In this document: in pieces, positions 38,076-47,149 of the stretch | How positions within the stretch are numbered: the stretch's first letter is position 1 | Layout: each line of letters opens with the position of its first letter | NCBI GenBank assembly: GCA_964619725.1 | Contig: CAZUFC010000023.1 | Span: 1 to 64,000, forward strand | From: an uncultured bacterium | GTDB taxonomy: Bacteria > CSSED10-310 > CAZUFC01 | Direction of reading: 5' to 3' | DNA: 64,000 nt | Translations under genes and position numbers: made by a program | Notes under the pieces: model-generated | Databases searched by the model: none | Told to the model about the DNA's origin: nothing | The model's input: only the letters and a program-made list of their open reading frames with translations

Positions 38076-40154
38076 GTGGTTGAACGGCATTTATTGATCA
38101 ACAAGCTATACGGTATGGTCCTACTTTTAGGTTGTCTGACGTCATGCCCTGCGGTTATGGCTGATGCGACCTTCGAGAGCAGTCTGATCAAGATAAAGCC
38201 TGGCCAGACATATTCAGGGCAGTCTGAATTAAATCTGAAAGGTGCGCGCAATGAGTATTTATCCTTCCAAATCGTTTTGAACGGGCCCATGCAGGGGATT
38301 ACGGTCAGTTGCGGTCCTTTGGCGGGAGATTCAGGTTCCATCGGCAATGAAAATATACTGTGCTGCGGCGTGTCGTACATGAATATTACAACGCCGTCGA
38401 ATTTTGAAGGGGGTATCGGAACCTGGCCGGATGGACTGATACCTTCGGTCGATCCTTACTTTTCCGAACAGCGGAACAGTTTCCCGATTAATGTACCTGA
38501 AGAGGAGAACCGGCTGGTATGGATCGATCTTTTCATACCTCCTGACGCAAGCGCCGGAGATTATGCCGGAGAGATAGTCGTCGAAAGCGGCGGCCAGGAG
38601 ATTCAGTCTTTGAGCTACACTGTTCATGTCTGGAATTTCACTCTCCCCTCAACGTCATCCCTTCCGACCGCTTTCGGTTTCGACGGCTGGGAGGTTTTAC
38701 GGGGGCACTTTGGAGAGGAACAGATGCATGAACATTATGATGAAATTGTGCCCTTGACCAGGAGATATCTCGACAGCGCTTTAAGGCACCGGATCACGCT
38801 TTCATCTTTTCTGAAGGAAGACTGGGACATGTATGACGAGCCGGTGGATTGGACGGCTTTCGACGAGCGTTGGCGAGATTATCTGGACGGATACGACACG
38901 GTTTTCGGACTCCAGAATGCCGCATTGACAAGCGTGGAATTGACGGATTGCGATGGAACGGACCAGGAGCGGATCAATTACTGGCAAGCCTTTGCACAGC
39001 ATTTCAGACAGCAGGGCCGTCTCGGCGTTTTATTCGATTATACTTTTGACGAACCTTACGATGCAGAGGATTATGCGGCGATAGCAGACCGAACCGCGCT
39101 CATCCGGCAGGCTGATCCGGAACTGCGGACGCTCGTCACCACGGACATTCAGGAGGCTTCTCAATACGATGCACAGGACGATATCGACGTGTGGGTTCCG
39201 CTGATAAATTTCATTTACGGTAAGCCGTATGATGTTTGCTGGGACGAGGAATACGAGGGATATCAGCGGGATGAATATGACACGTTGCTTCAGAACGGCG
39301 ATGAGTTATGGTGGTACCAGTCATGTATGAGTCACGGATGTGCGGGAAGCGATCCGGATGATCAGTGCGAAGCGGGTTATCCCTCGTATATGATCGACCA
39401 TTCGGCTGTGCGCAACAGGATCATGAGCTGGATGACTTATTTCTACGATATTCACGGCGAATTGTATTTTGCCGTGAATTATGCGGACGAAGCCGGCGAT
39501 GCCTGGGTCGATCAGTTCTATTTCGGAGGCAACGGCGACGGAACGTTGTTCTATCCGGGACGCCCATCACAGATAGGCGGAACTTCCCATATCCCTGTCG
39601 AATCCATCCGGCTTAAACATATCCGGGACGGATTGGAGGATTATGAGTATTTCCTCCTGCTGGAACAGGTCCAGGGCAGGGCTGCGGTCGTGGAACGACT
39701 GCAGCCGATAATTACGAACGCTTATACATATTCGGAAAACCCCGAACTCATGGCATCGATCATAGACGAGATCGGCGAGGCGCTGGATACCTCAATGCCT
39801 TATGTCGGAGTCCGTTTGTCTATGCCGGATGACTATTTTTCACCCGGAGAGGAGTGCGGATTAAACGCTGTTATCTTTAACGATTCTGAACCCTTGCTGA
39901 ACACGCCGCTCTTCTGCCTGCTAGACATTTACGGCCAATACTGGTTCTGGGACGACTGGACTCATGAATTGGATTATCACCTTCTGAACGTTCCTACAGG
40001 AGATACTTCCCTGACAATCATCGACCTTTTTACCTGGCCGGATACGGGACAGGATTCGCTCCAGGGTCTGGCATTTCTGGCCGCCCTGGTCGACACAAGC
40101 TTGACGAGCATCATCGGTGATTACGACATCCTTCTTTTCGGATACGGTCCGTAA
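38076..40154 (+). CDS. DUF4091/GH123-like glycoside hydrolase with the recurrent C-terminal domain
   Basis: ARNEYLSFQ, WIDLFIP...AG.Y.G, FDEP, W.Y.SC..H, G.GDGTLFYPG, SIRLK.IRDGLEDYEY; signal peptide. Confidence 0.8.
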   Translation: MVERHLLINKLYGMVLLLGCLTSCPAVMADATFESSLIKIKPGQTYSGQSELNLKGARNEYLSFQIVLNGPMQGITVSCGPLAGDSGSIGNENILCCGVSYMNITTPSNFEGGIGTWPDGLIPSVDPYFSEQRNSFPINVPEEENRLVWIDLFIPPDASAGDYAGEIVVESGGQEIQSLSYTVHVWNFTLPSTSSLPTAFGFDGWEVLRGHFGEEQMHEHYDEIVPLTRRYLDSALRHRITLSSFLKEDWDMYDEPVDWTAFDERWRDYLDGYDTVFGLQNAALTSVELTDCDGTDQERINYWQAFAQHFRQQGRLGVLFDYTFDEPYDAEDYAAIADRTALIRQADPELRTLVTTDIQEASQYDAQDDIDVWVPLINFIYGKPYDVCWDEEYEGYQRDEYDTLLQNGDELWWYQSCMSHGCAGSDPDDQCEAGYPSYMIDHSAVRNRIMSWMTYFYDIHGELYFAVNYADEAGDAWVDQFYFGGNGDGTLFYPGRPSQIGGTSHIPVESIRLKHIRDGLEDYEYFLLLEQVQGRAAVVERLQPIITNAYTYSENPELMASIIDEIGEALDTSMPYVGVRLSMPDDYFSPGEECGLNAVIFNDSEPLLNTPLFCLLDIYGQYWFWDDWTHELDYHLLNVPTGDTSLTIIDLFTWPDTGQDSLQGLAFLAALVDTSLTSIIGDYDILLFGYGP

Positions 40155-40230
40155 GCCCGACTTTGGCCGGTTCAATTGCGTGCACAGTCATGAGGCTTAA
40201 AAGGATTTCATCGAATAACTCTTTTTAAAT

Positions 40231-40260
40231 TTGACAACGCCAATTGCCTTACCCTATTGT
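40231..40260 (+). promoter_or_regulatory. Putative sigma70 promoter of the 40440-44840 operon
   Basis: TTGACA-18 bp-TATTGT. Confidence 0.45.
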
Positions 40261-40439
40261 ACGCATGAATTATCCGCGGCCTTAACGGAGTCCGGATGAA
40301 ATCGCCGCTGGATTCTTGGCGGATCAGCGCATTGGCGCCCTTCGCTGACGGCATTATCAGGCCTGCCGGAAGTCGTGAGTAAAGAAGAGGTTGCGGATGG
40401 CATAAGTCAATCAATGGAATTTATCATTTCGGGAGGAAG

Positions 40440-41051
40440 ATGATGATAGTAACGCTTGATCCCGATTACCCCAATCCGAAGTGGATACAAAAGGCTGCCG
40501 ATATTTTGAAAGAAGGCGGAGTCATCGCTTATCCCACGGATACTCATTATGGTATCGGGTGTGATCTGACCAATAAAAAGGCCATCGAACGGATATACAG
40601 AATAAAGAAAATGAACCGCAAGAAACCATTGAGTTTCATTTGCAACGATTTCAAGGATTTAAGTCAATACGCCGTAGTTTCCAATTACGCGTTTAAAATG
40701 ATGAAAAAATTGCTCCCCGGTCCCTACACTTTTGTGTTGAAAGCGACTCGATATGTTCCCAAGACCATGGTGACGAAACAGAAGACGGTCGGTATTCGCA
40801 TTCCCGATAATGAAATTTGTCTGAAGATGGTGGAATTCCTGGGAGGTCCGGTAGTCAATACCAGCGTGAGGGTAAAAGAGGGGCAAATTTTCACCGATCC
40901 CATGCAGATTGAGGAGAATCTGGGGAGCGAACTGGATATGATACTTCACGGAGGAGTATTGGTTTCAGAGCCGTCGACAGTCATCAGTCTTGTGGGTGAA
41001 GAACCGGAAATACTGCGGGAGGGAAAGGGCGACATCACTCCGTTCCTTTGA
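40440..41051 (+). CDS. L-threonylcarbamoyladenylate synthase family protein (YciO-like)
   Basis: GGVIAYPTDT.YG.GC, K.LS, LPGPYTFVL, TVGIRIP, PSTVI; GGGAGG RBS. Confidence 0.9.
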   Translation: MMIVTLDPDYPNPKWIQKAADILKEGGVIAYPTDTHYGIGCDLTNKKAIERIYRIKKMNRKKPLSFICNDFKDLSQYAVVSNYAFKMMKKLLPGPYTFVLKATRYVPKTMVTKQKTVGIRIPDNEICLKMVEFLGGPVVNTSVRVKEGQIFTDPMQIEENLGSELDMILHGGVLVSEPSTVISLVGEEPEILREGKGDITPFL

Positions 41052-41055
41052 CCTT

Positions 41056-41790
41056 ATGAAAGATAATTCATTCGAACTTTACTATTTCTACGCTCATTCA
41101 AACTGGTGGTTCGTCGGAAAAAGAATGATCGTAGAATTTCTTATTGAGAAAGCATTCCCCAAAAGAAAAAATCTGCGCATTCTCGATATCGGGTGCGGGA
41201 CAGGCGAAATCGTAAGAGCGCTTTCGAAATACGGTCAGGCCTACGGCGTCGACCTTTCTTCTGAAGCTCTGCAATACGGTTGGTTCAGGGGCAGCGACCA
41301 TCTAGTCCAGGCCGACACCGATGATATGCCGTTTAAAGAAGAATCCTTCGATCTGCTGGTCATTCTTGATTTATTTGAACACATTCCGAACGACGTCGCA
41401 TCCGCAAGAGACTTCACGCGTTACCTGAAAAAAGGCGGTTGCATGATCGTCAGTTCTCCCGCCATGCCTGTTTTATGGAGTAAAAGGGATGTGGAATTGC
41501 ATCATTACAGGCGGTATAAAAAGAAGCAGATGACGAAGATAGTCAGAAAAGCCGGACTTAAAACGGAAAGGATGTTTTACAGAAATTTTTTCTTTTTCCC
41601 CCTGGTTTTAAGCAAATACATATGCGAACGGTTCTCCACGAAGGAGCCGGAGATACAATATGATTTGGTGGTAGTACCGAAGATAATGAACAGCATCCTG
41701 ATTAAGATTCTGCAACTTGAAACGATTATACTGAAATACCTTGACCTGCCGCTGGGGTCTTCACTGGTCTGCCTGGCAAGAAAAGAATAG
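41056..41790 (+). CDS. Class I SAM-dependent methyltransferase (glycosylation-locus type)
   Basis: WWF.G.R, LDIGCGTG, D.FEHI, LWS..D..LHHYRRY, LPLGSSL. Confidence 0.88.
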   Translation: MKDNSFELYYFYAHSNWWFVGKRMIVEFLIEKAFPKRKNLRILDIGCGTGEIVRALSKYGQAYGVDLSSEALQYGWFRGSDHLVQADTDDMPFKEESFDLLVILDLFEHIPNDVASARDFTRYLKKGGCMIVSSPAMPVLWSKRDVELHHYRRYKKKQMTKIVRKAGLKTERMFYRNFFFFPLVLSKYICERFSTKEPEIQYDLVVVPKIMNSILIKILQLETIILKYLDLPLGSSLVCLARKE

Positions 41791-41799
41791 GTTTTGATA

Positions 41800-43398
41800 A
41801 TGGAGAAACCCGGAGGAACGGACATCAAGTTGGAAGAGTCTCCTGCGGACGGCAGCGGGAAGATTCCGGACCCAAGAAGCAGACAATTGGGTTTGAACAG
41901 TATTTTAATCCTCATTCTGGTCGGAGCCTCCCTTATCGTCCATTCCTTTTCTTTCCCCATTTATTTTGATGATGAGACCATCCGTTTTTTTATACTGCCG
42001 CGTGAGAACCGTTTCAATATTCCTGAATGTTTTTGGGGCAATTACGTTGATTTGCCTGTAGCGTCCAAGACGTTCAGACCTGTCGTCACGTTATCCGCAT
42101 ACTTTAATTATGAGATTTCCGGTTCCGATCCGATCGGCTGGCATGCCGTCAACATTTTGTTTCACCTGGCCGCGGTTATAGCATTATATTATTTTTTGAA
42201 GAGCATTATTTCCCGGTCAGGGGCTTTTTTAACGGCCTTGTTTTTTTCCATTCACCCGTTGACGACGCAACCGATGTGGATATTGCTGGATCGCTCCGAG
42301 GTTTTCGTAGCGTTGTTCATATTGATAGGGTTGATTTTTCATCGAAAATACAGAATCCGCGGAAGCAAGATGATGCTTTTGCCGGCGTTTTTTTCTTTTT
42401 CACTGGCTTTGATGAGCAAAGAGACAGCCGTTACTTTTCCTTTATTGGCGATATTGACCGACCTGTTTTTTGAAAAGAAACGCTCGTTTTTTCGAAGGAT
42501 TCTGAATTTAAGGTTTGTGTTTCCGTTTGTTTTATACTTTGCTCTGCTGGGGACATATCTTGTCTACCGTTCTGCCGTTTTTCAGGGAGTAGGCGGTTAC
42601 GGGTCGCTGGAACTGTTCAATTTTTCGCATGCTTTGCCTGTGTTGCAGCAGTACCTGGAATGGATGTATCTTGTGCCGCTGAGTTCGCTGGGGTTGGGGA
42701 TTATTTACATTATCGCGACCCTGATTCTTCTGGCGCCTGTCTTTCCCAAACCTATGCGATACGGCAATATCTGGATGCTCGTTGCCTTATTGCCTGTCCA
42801 TAATCTTTGCCAGAAATGGTATTTGTATTTGCCGCTGATGGGATTCTGCCTTATTCCGGCTTATATTGTGGAAGGATTACGGGATAAGGGCCGCAGGCGT
42901 CTCAGAGGCAGGGAGTTTTCTTTAGGGATGGCAGCGGGCGTCGTTTTAATGGGAGTAATTATAATAAGTTATACCTGGTTAAGCGTTTCAGAATTAAAAA
43001 AACGCGATAAGGAAACCGGCGCAGCGCTCACTTTGCTCAAGAATTTTTCCACCCTTTATTCTGATGTCCCTGACGCAGCAGATATTACGTTCCGGTTACC
43101 GAAAGGGATTAAAATGAATGAGCTGGAGGGGGAATGGTTCAATCCTAAAACATTCCGGGTGGAGAAGAATCCTTCGCCGTTGCGGGGCATAGTGAATGAT
43201 CTGAACAAGACGAGATACCTGAACGGGGCGCCGGTCTTCAGCCGGCTTGTGCAGCCCCTTTTTCGATTATACTATGACGACAATGATATTTCCGTGCGCC
43301 TGAAAGAATTCCGGGAACGAAATCCCGTTCCTTTGCGCCCTCAGAATAAACTGGAAGTTTTGATCGTCTCTAGAGAGTTGACGTTGAGGAAATATTGA
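41800..43398 (+). CDS. GT-C fold (TMTC-like) membrane glycosyltransferase without TPRs
   Basis: YFDD, FRPV, WHAVNILFH, FSIHP, LMSKETA, WYLYLP; multiple TM helices. Confidence 0.75.
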   Translation: MEKPGGTDIKLEESPADGSGKIPDPRSRQLGLNSILILILVGASLIVHSFSFPIYFDDETIRFFILPRENRFNIPECFWGNYVDLPVASKTFRPVVTLSAYFNYEISGSDPIGWHAVNILFHLAAVIALYYFLKSIISRSGAFLTALFFSIHPLTTQPMWILLDRSEVFVALFILIGLIFHRKYRIRGSKMMLLPAFFSFSLALMSKETAVTFPLLAILTDLFFEKKRSFFRRILNLRFVFPFVLYFALLGTYLVYRSAVFQGVGGYGSLELFNFSHALPVLQQYLEWMYLVPLSSLGLGIIYIIATLILLAPVFPKPMRYGNIWMLVALLPVHNLCQKWYLYLPLMGFCLIPAYIVEGLRDKGRRRLRGREFSLGMAAGVVLMGVIIISYTWLSVSELKKRDKETGAALTLLKNFSTLYSDVPDAADITFRLPKGIKMNELEGEWFNPKTFRVEKNPSPLRGIVNDLNKTRYLNGAPVFSRLVQPLFRLYYDDNDISVRLKEFRERNPVPLRPQNKLEVLIVSRELTLRKY

Positions 43399-44840
43399 AA
43401 GTAAGTTTTATTCATCCAAGAGTCACTAACGCTTCGGTTCCGCCGATGGGCCTGCTGATGCTGGGCAGCGTTTTAAGGCAAAAAGGTTATTCCGTTTCCA
43501 TCTTCGACCCTAGGCACGGCTCGAATGACTGGCTGAAAGATTTCGAAAAAAGCGATCCTAAATTAATAGGCATAACGATATTGACGCCTCAGATTCAAAG
43601 AGCAGCTGATGTATTGAAGCAGATACGCCGTCGAATGCCGGGGATTCCTGTCATTATCGGAGGAGTGCATTGCACGGCTTTGCCGGAAATTAGTCTGCGA
43701 GCGCTTGAAGCAGACTTCGTGGCTGTAGGAGAAGGGGAAGGGATAATGACTGCCCTTTGTCGCTGCGTGTCCGGCGAAATCCCTCTTTCAGAAGTCCCCG
43801 GCATAGGGTACCTGGAAAAAGGCGAATTCAAGTTGAACGCTCCCCCTGAGCCTGTAAAATATCTGGACGAGTTGCCGTTTCCCGACTGGGACCTGGTAAA
43901 CCCCTACGATTACATCAGGGCGCCCGGTTTTATTCGCGGAGCCGTCCACAAGCGTCCTTATCCCATACTCACTTCACGCGGCTGCCCCTATTCCTGTATT
44001 TTCTGTTCAACCCATATCGTATTCGGAAACAAGCTGAGAAAGCGCTCCGTAGAACATGTTATGAATGAGATAGAATCGGCTGTTGAAAAATTCGATATCG
44101 ATGCGTTGTGGTTTATGGACGATCATTTCATGAAGCCCAGGGATTGGCTGTTCGATTTCTGCGACCGGTTGAAACGGAATTTCCCTCATTTGAAATGGGG
44201 TTGCCAGGGACATGTGAATTCGGCCGACAGCGATATCCTCCAGGCAATGAAAAACGCTGGATGCGAACAGATTGAATTCGGGGTGGAATCAGGGTCACGC
44301 CGGGTACTCAAGATCATGAAAAAGGGCATCGTTCCGGACAGGGCCCTGGAAGTATTCGAGAATGCCCGTCAAATAGGCGTCAGAACTCTGGCCAACTTCA
44401 TCATTGGATTGCCCGGAGAAAGAGAAGAAGACCTTCAAGCCACCATGCGACTGGCAAAACGGATCAGGGCTTCTTTTACCGTCGCCACATTCGCTACGCC
44501 GCTTCCAGGATCAGAACTCTACACCATAGCCCTTCGACAGGGCCTGATAAACGAGCGTCAAGCCTTCGACGAAAAATGGATCATCAAGGAAGCCAATGAG
44601 CCGTCCGTCGTCATGACACTGAACAAACAAAAACTGATCAGGTACCGCGCCCGCTTCGACAACATGTTTTTCCTGAAGAATCACATTAACTACATCAGGA
44701 ATCCCCAGATTCTGAAAAAAGTATTCCAGAGCATACTGCGGCGTCCTAAACCTGTGCTGAAGGGCGCCTTAAGGGCCGTTAAAACCGGCAGACTCGCCCA
44801 CATTCCCGAAAGCATCTGGGAGAATCTGAACCTGGATTGA
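43395..44840 (+). CDS. Cobalamin-binding radical SAM protein
   Basis: PPMGL, GGVHCT, GEGE, SRGCPYSCIFC, GVESGS, TPLPGS; TTG start overlapping the upstream TGA. Confidence 0.9.
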   Translation: MKVSFIHPRVTNASVPPMGLLMLGSVLRQKGYSVSIFDPRHGSNDWLKDFEKSDPKLIGITILTPQIQRAADVLKQIRRRMPGIPVIIGGVHCTALPEISLRALEADFVAVGEGEGIMTALCRCVSGEIPLSEVPGIGYLEKGEFKLNAPPEPVKYLDELPFPDWDLVNPYDYIRAPGFIRGAVHKRPYPILTSRGCPYSCIFCSTHIVFGNKLRKRSVEHVMNEIESAVEKFDIDALWFMDDHFMKPRDWLFDFCDRLKRNFPHLKWGCQGHVNSADSDILQAMKNAGCEQIEFGVESGSRRVLKIMKKGIVPDRALEVFENARQIGVRTLANFIIGLPGEREEDLQATMRLAKRIRASFTVATFATPLPGSELYTIALRQGLINERQAFDEKWIIKEANEPSVVMTLNKQKLIRYRARFDNMFFLKNHINYIRNPQILKKVFQSILRRPKPVLKGALRAVKTGRLAHIPESIWENLNLD

Positions 44841-44987
44841 AACACGGGCTACGCTAAAGTGGAAACCATGTTTTTTTCCATAAGGATCACGACGAAGAAC
44901 AATTAATGCCCCGGTGCAGGAATAACGGGGAAGACCCGCATATCCGAAAGTCCGGCGTTAAAAGTTTACTTGCCCGCACCGTGCGGA

Positions 44988-45836
44988 TTACTCTTTGTTG
45001 TTTTCCTCATAAAGTTTAGCGGCTTTTTCGGCTGAGGTGACGATGCCCTTGATCAGGGCCGAGCTGAATCCCATGTGTTCCATAAAATTCAATCCGGCGA
45101 TAGTGCAACCCCGGGGCGTCGTAACCCTGTCGATTTCCGATTCCGGATGCCTGGCGGACTGCAACAGCAGAGCCGCTGCGCCCTTGGCGGTCTGGGCGGC
45201 CATGAATAGAGCCTCATCAGCATGAAAGCCGATTTCAATGCCTCCCTGCGAAGCTGCTCTTATGGACCTCAGGAAGAAGGCTATTCCGCAGGCGCACAGT
45301 GCTGTGGCCGCTATCATGAGCTCCTCCGGAATAATGTAGGTCCCGCCGACAAGATCGAAAAGTTCCTGCGTAATATCCAGGGCTTCCTGGGATGCGTGAT
45401 TGGATGCTATGCAGGTCATAGATTCATGAATGGAAACCGCCAGATTGGGCATCACTCTTACGATTTGAATTTTTTTGCCCAGATGCTTCATTATTTCATC
45501 CGTGCAAACCCCGGATACCACGGAAATAAGTACATGACGTTTTTCATCAAGAACGGAGCCTATTTCGTTCAGCAGACCAGTCATTTCCTGCGGCGGGACT
45601 GCTGCGATGATAATATCCGATCGCCTTACAGCATCACGGTTATCCGATTGAACGACATACCCTTCCTGAGCATAAGACTCGATGATATGCGTGCGTCTCC
45701 TCGTCAGAATTATCCGGTCCGGGGAAAAGCGGTGAAGCTTGGTGAAACCTTTTGCCAGCGCCAGTCCGATGTTGCCGGCTCCGATAATGGCCAGTCGTTC
45801 TGAATTTCGTTTGTTATTCTTGTTTTGTTTTTTCAT
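44988..45836 (-). CDS. proC: Pyrroline-5-carboxylate reductase
   Basis: IIGAGNIG, RVMPN, TAL.ACG.AF, VTTP.GCTI.GL. Confidence 0.93.
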   Translation of the reverse strand: MKKQNKNNKRNSERLAIIGAGNIGLALAKGFTKLHRFSPDRIILTRRRTHIIESYAQEGYVVQSDNRDAVRRSDIIIAAVPPQEMTGLLNEIGSVLDEKRHVLISVVSGVCTDEIMKHLGKKIQIVRVMPNLAVSIHESMTCIASNHASQEALDITQELFDLVGGTYIIPEELMIAATALCACGIAFFLRSIRAASQGGIEIGFHADEALFMAAQTAKGAAALLLQSARHPESEIDRVTTPRGCTIAGLNFMEHMGFSSALIKGIVTSAEKAAKLYEENNKE

Positions 45837-46122
45837 TTGTCGTTTCCCGCTGTCGTCTCATCAGCAATAAATATCCTGGAAAAGGACCTATAAAAAGGTC
45901 GCTGTTTGCATTTTCCGCGTTAATCATTTTACTGATTTCCGTCAATAAAGAAAATGTGCGATATGCAAAATTGCCGGGTTTTCTGAAAAAATTGCCCTCT
46001 GTACCGTGTGATGGTAATTTATTAATTCTCGCGGTGCGGGAATTAATGAGTTCGCTTCGCGCAAATGACAGGGATGAAGTTATGAAAATTCAGTTTAAAA
46101 TACCGAATGACCGACAAGAATT

Positions 46123-47049
46123 ATGGCTGACTTAAGTCCGCAACAGCCTTATTTTTCTTTTAGCTCGTACCTTAAAAAAAGATTCGGCGAAAAGGTATGG
46201 CGAATACCCGTGGATGCCGGCGCTGATTGTCCTAACAGGGACGGTAAAATTTCGCATCAGGGATGTGTTTTTTGCGATAATCGTTCATTCAATCCTTATC
46301 TGGATAGTAATATGAGTCTTACCGAACAGATAAAACAGGGAATGGAGCGTATAAGAAGCCGTCGGAAAATCAATAAGTTTCTGGTATATTTCCAGACATA
46401 TACAAATACTTACGGACCTGCGGACGAATGGGTCCGAAAATACGAAACAGCTCTGAGTTTCAAAGAAACGGTCGGTTTAATGATAGGGACCAGACCCGAT
46501 TGCATACGGAAGGAAATACTGGAATATCTGCAGAAAAAAGTGAAAGAGAATAAAGAGATTTGGATTGAGTATGGATTGCAGTCTTCTCATGATCAAACTT
46601 TGGAAATAATCAACAGGGGGCATGATTACAAGACCTTCGTCGATGCTGTTTGCATGACATCCGCTTACAAAGTCAAGATCGGAGTTCACGTCATATTGGG
46701 ATTGCCGGGAGAAGGCAATGAGCAGACATCGGAGACGGCACGGAGATTGGCGGGCCTGCCTGTGCATGGGATAAAGCTGCATCATCTTCATGCGGTGAAA
46801 GGCACAGAACTGGAGCGGAGATATAAGTCGGGCCGGTGGAGGCCAATATCGACGAGCGATTATCTGGAATCCGCGATAAGTTTTTTGACATTGACTCCTT
46901 CTGACCGGGTGATTTTCAGGTTGATAGGAGAGTGTCCGGAACACCTGCTGGCAGCTCCCGTGAATTTTTGGAGCAAAAACGAATTCTTACAGGCGCTGCG
47001 GAATGAGATGTTCCAAAGAGGATTAACGCAAGGCTGCCGAGTTGAATAA
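46123..47049 (+). CDS. TIGR01212 family radical SAM protein (YhcC-like)
   Basis: CPNRDG...GCVFC, YFQ.YTNTY, GTRPDC, EYGLQS, HVILGLPGE, GIKLHHLH. Confidence 0.92.
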   Translation: MADLSPQQPYFSFSSYLKKRFGEKVWRIPVDAGADCPNRDGKISHQGCVFCDNRSFNPYLDSNMSLTEQIKQGMERIRSRRKINKFLVYFQTYTNTYGPADEWVRKYETALSFKETVGLMIGTRPDCIRKEILEYLQKKVKENKEIWIEYGLQSSHDQTLEIINRGHDYKTFVDAVCMTSAYKVKIGVHVILGLPGEGNEQTSETARRLAGLPVHGIKLHHLHAVKGTELERRYKSGRWRPISTSDYLESAISFLTLTPSDRVIFRLIGECPEHLLAAPVNFWSKNEFLQALRNEMFQRGLTQGCRVE

Positions 47050-47149
47050 GGCCATGTAACTCATCAACCGGAGGACAGAATCTTAGGACGGCGAGACGTG
47101 AGGGTAAGGAACTGATTTCGCTTTGCCGGAAAAATAAAGAGCGACGGTA

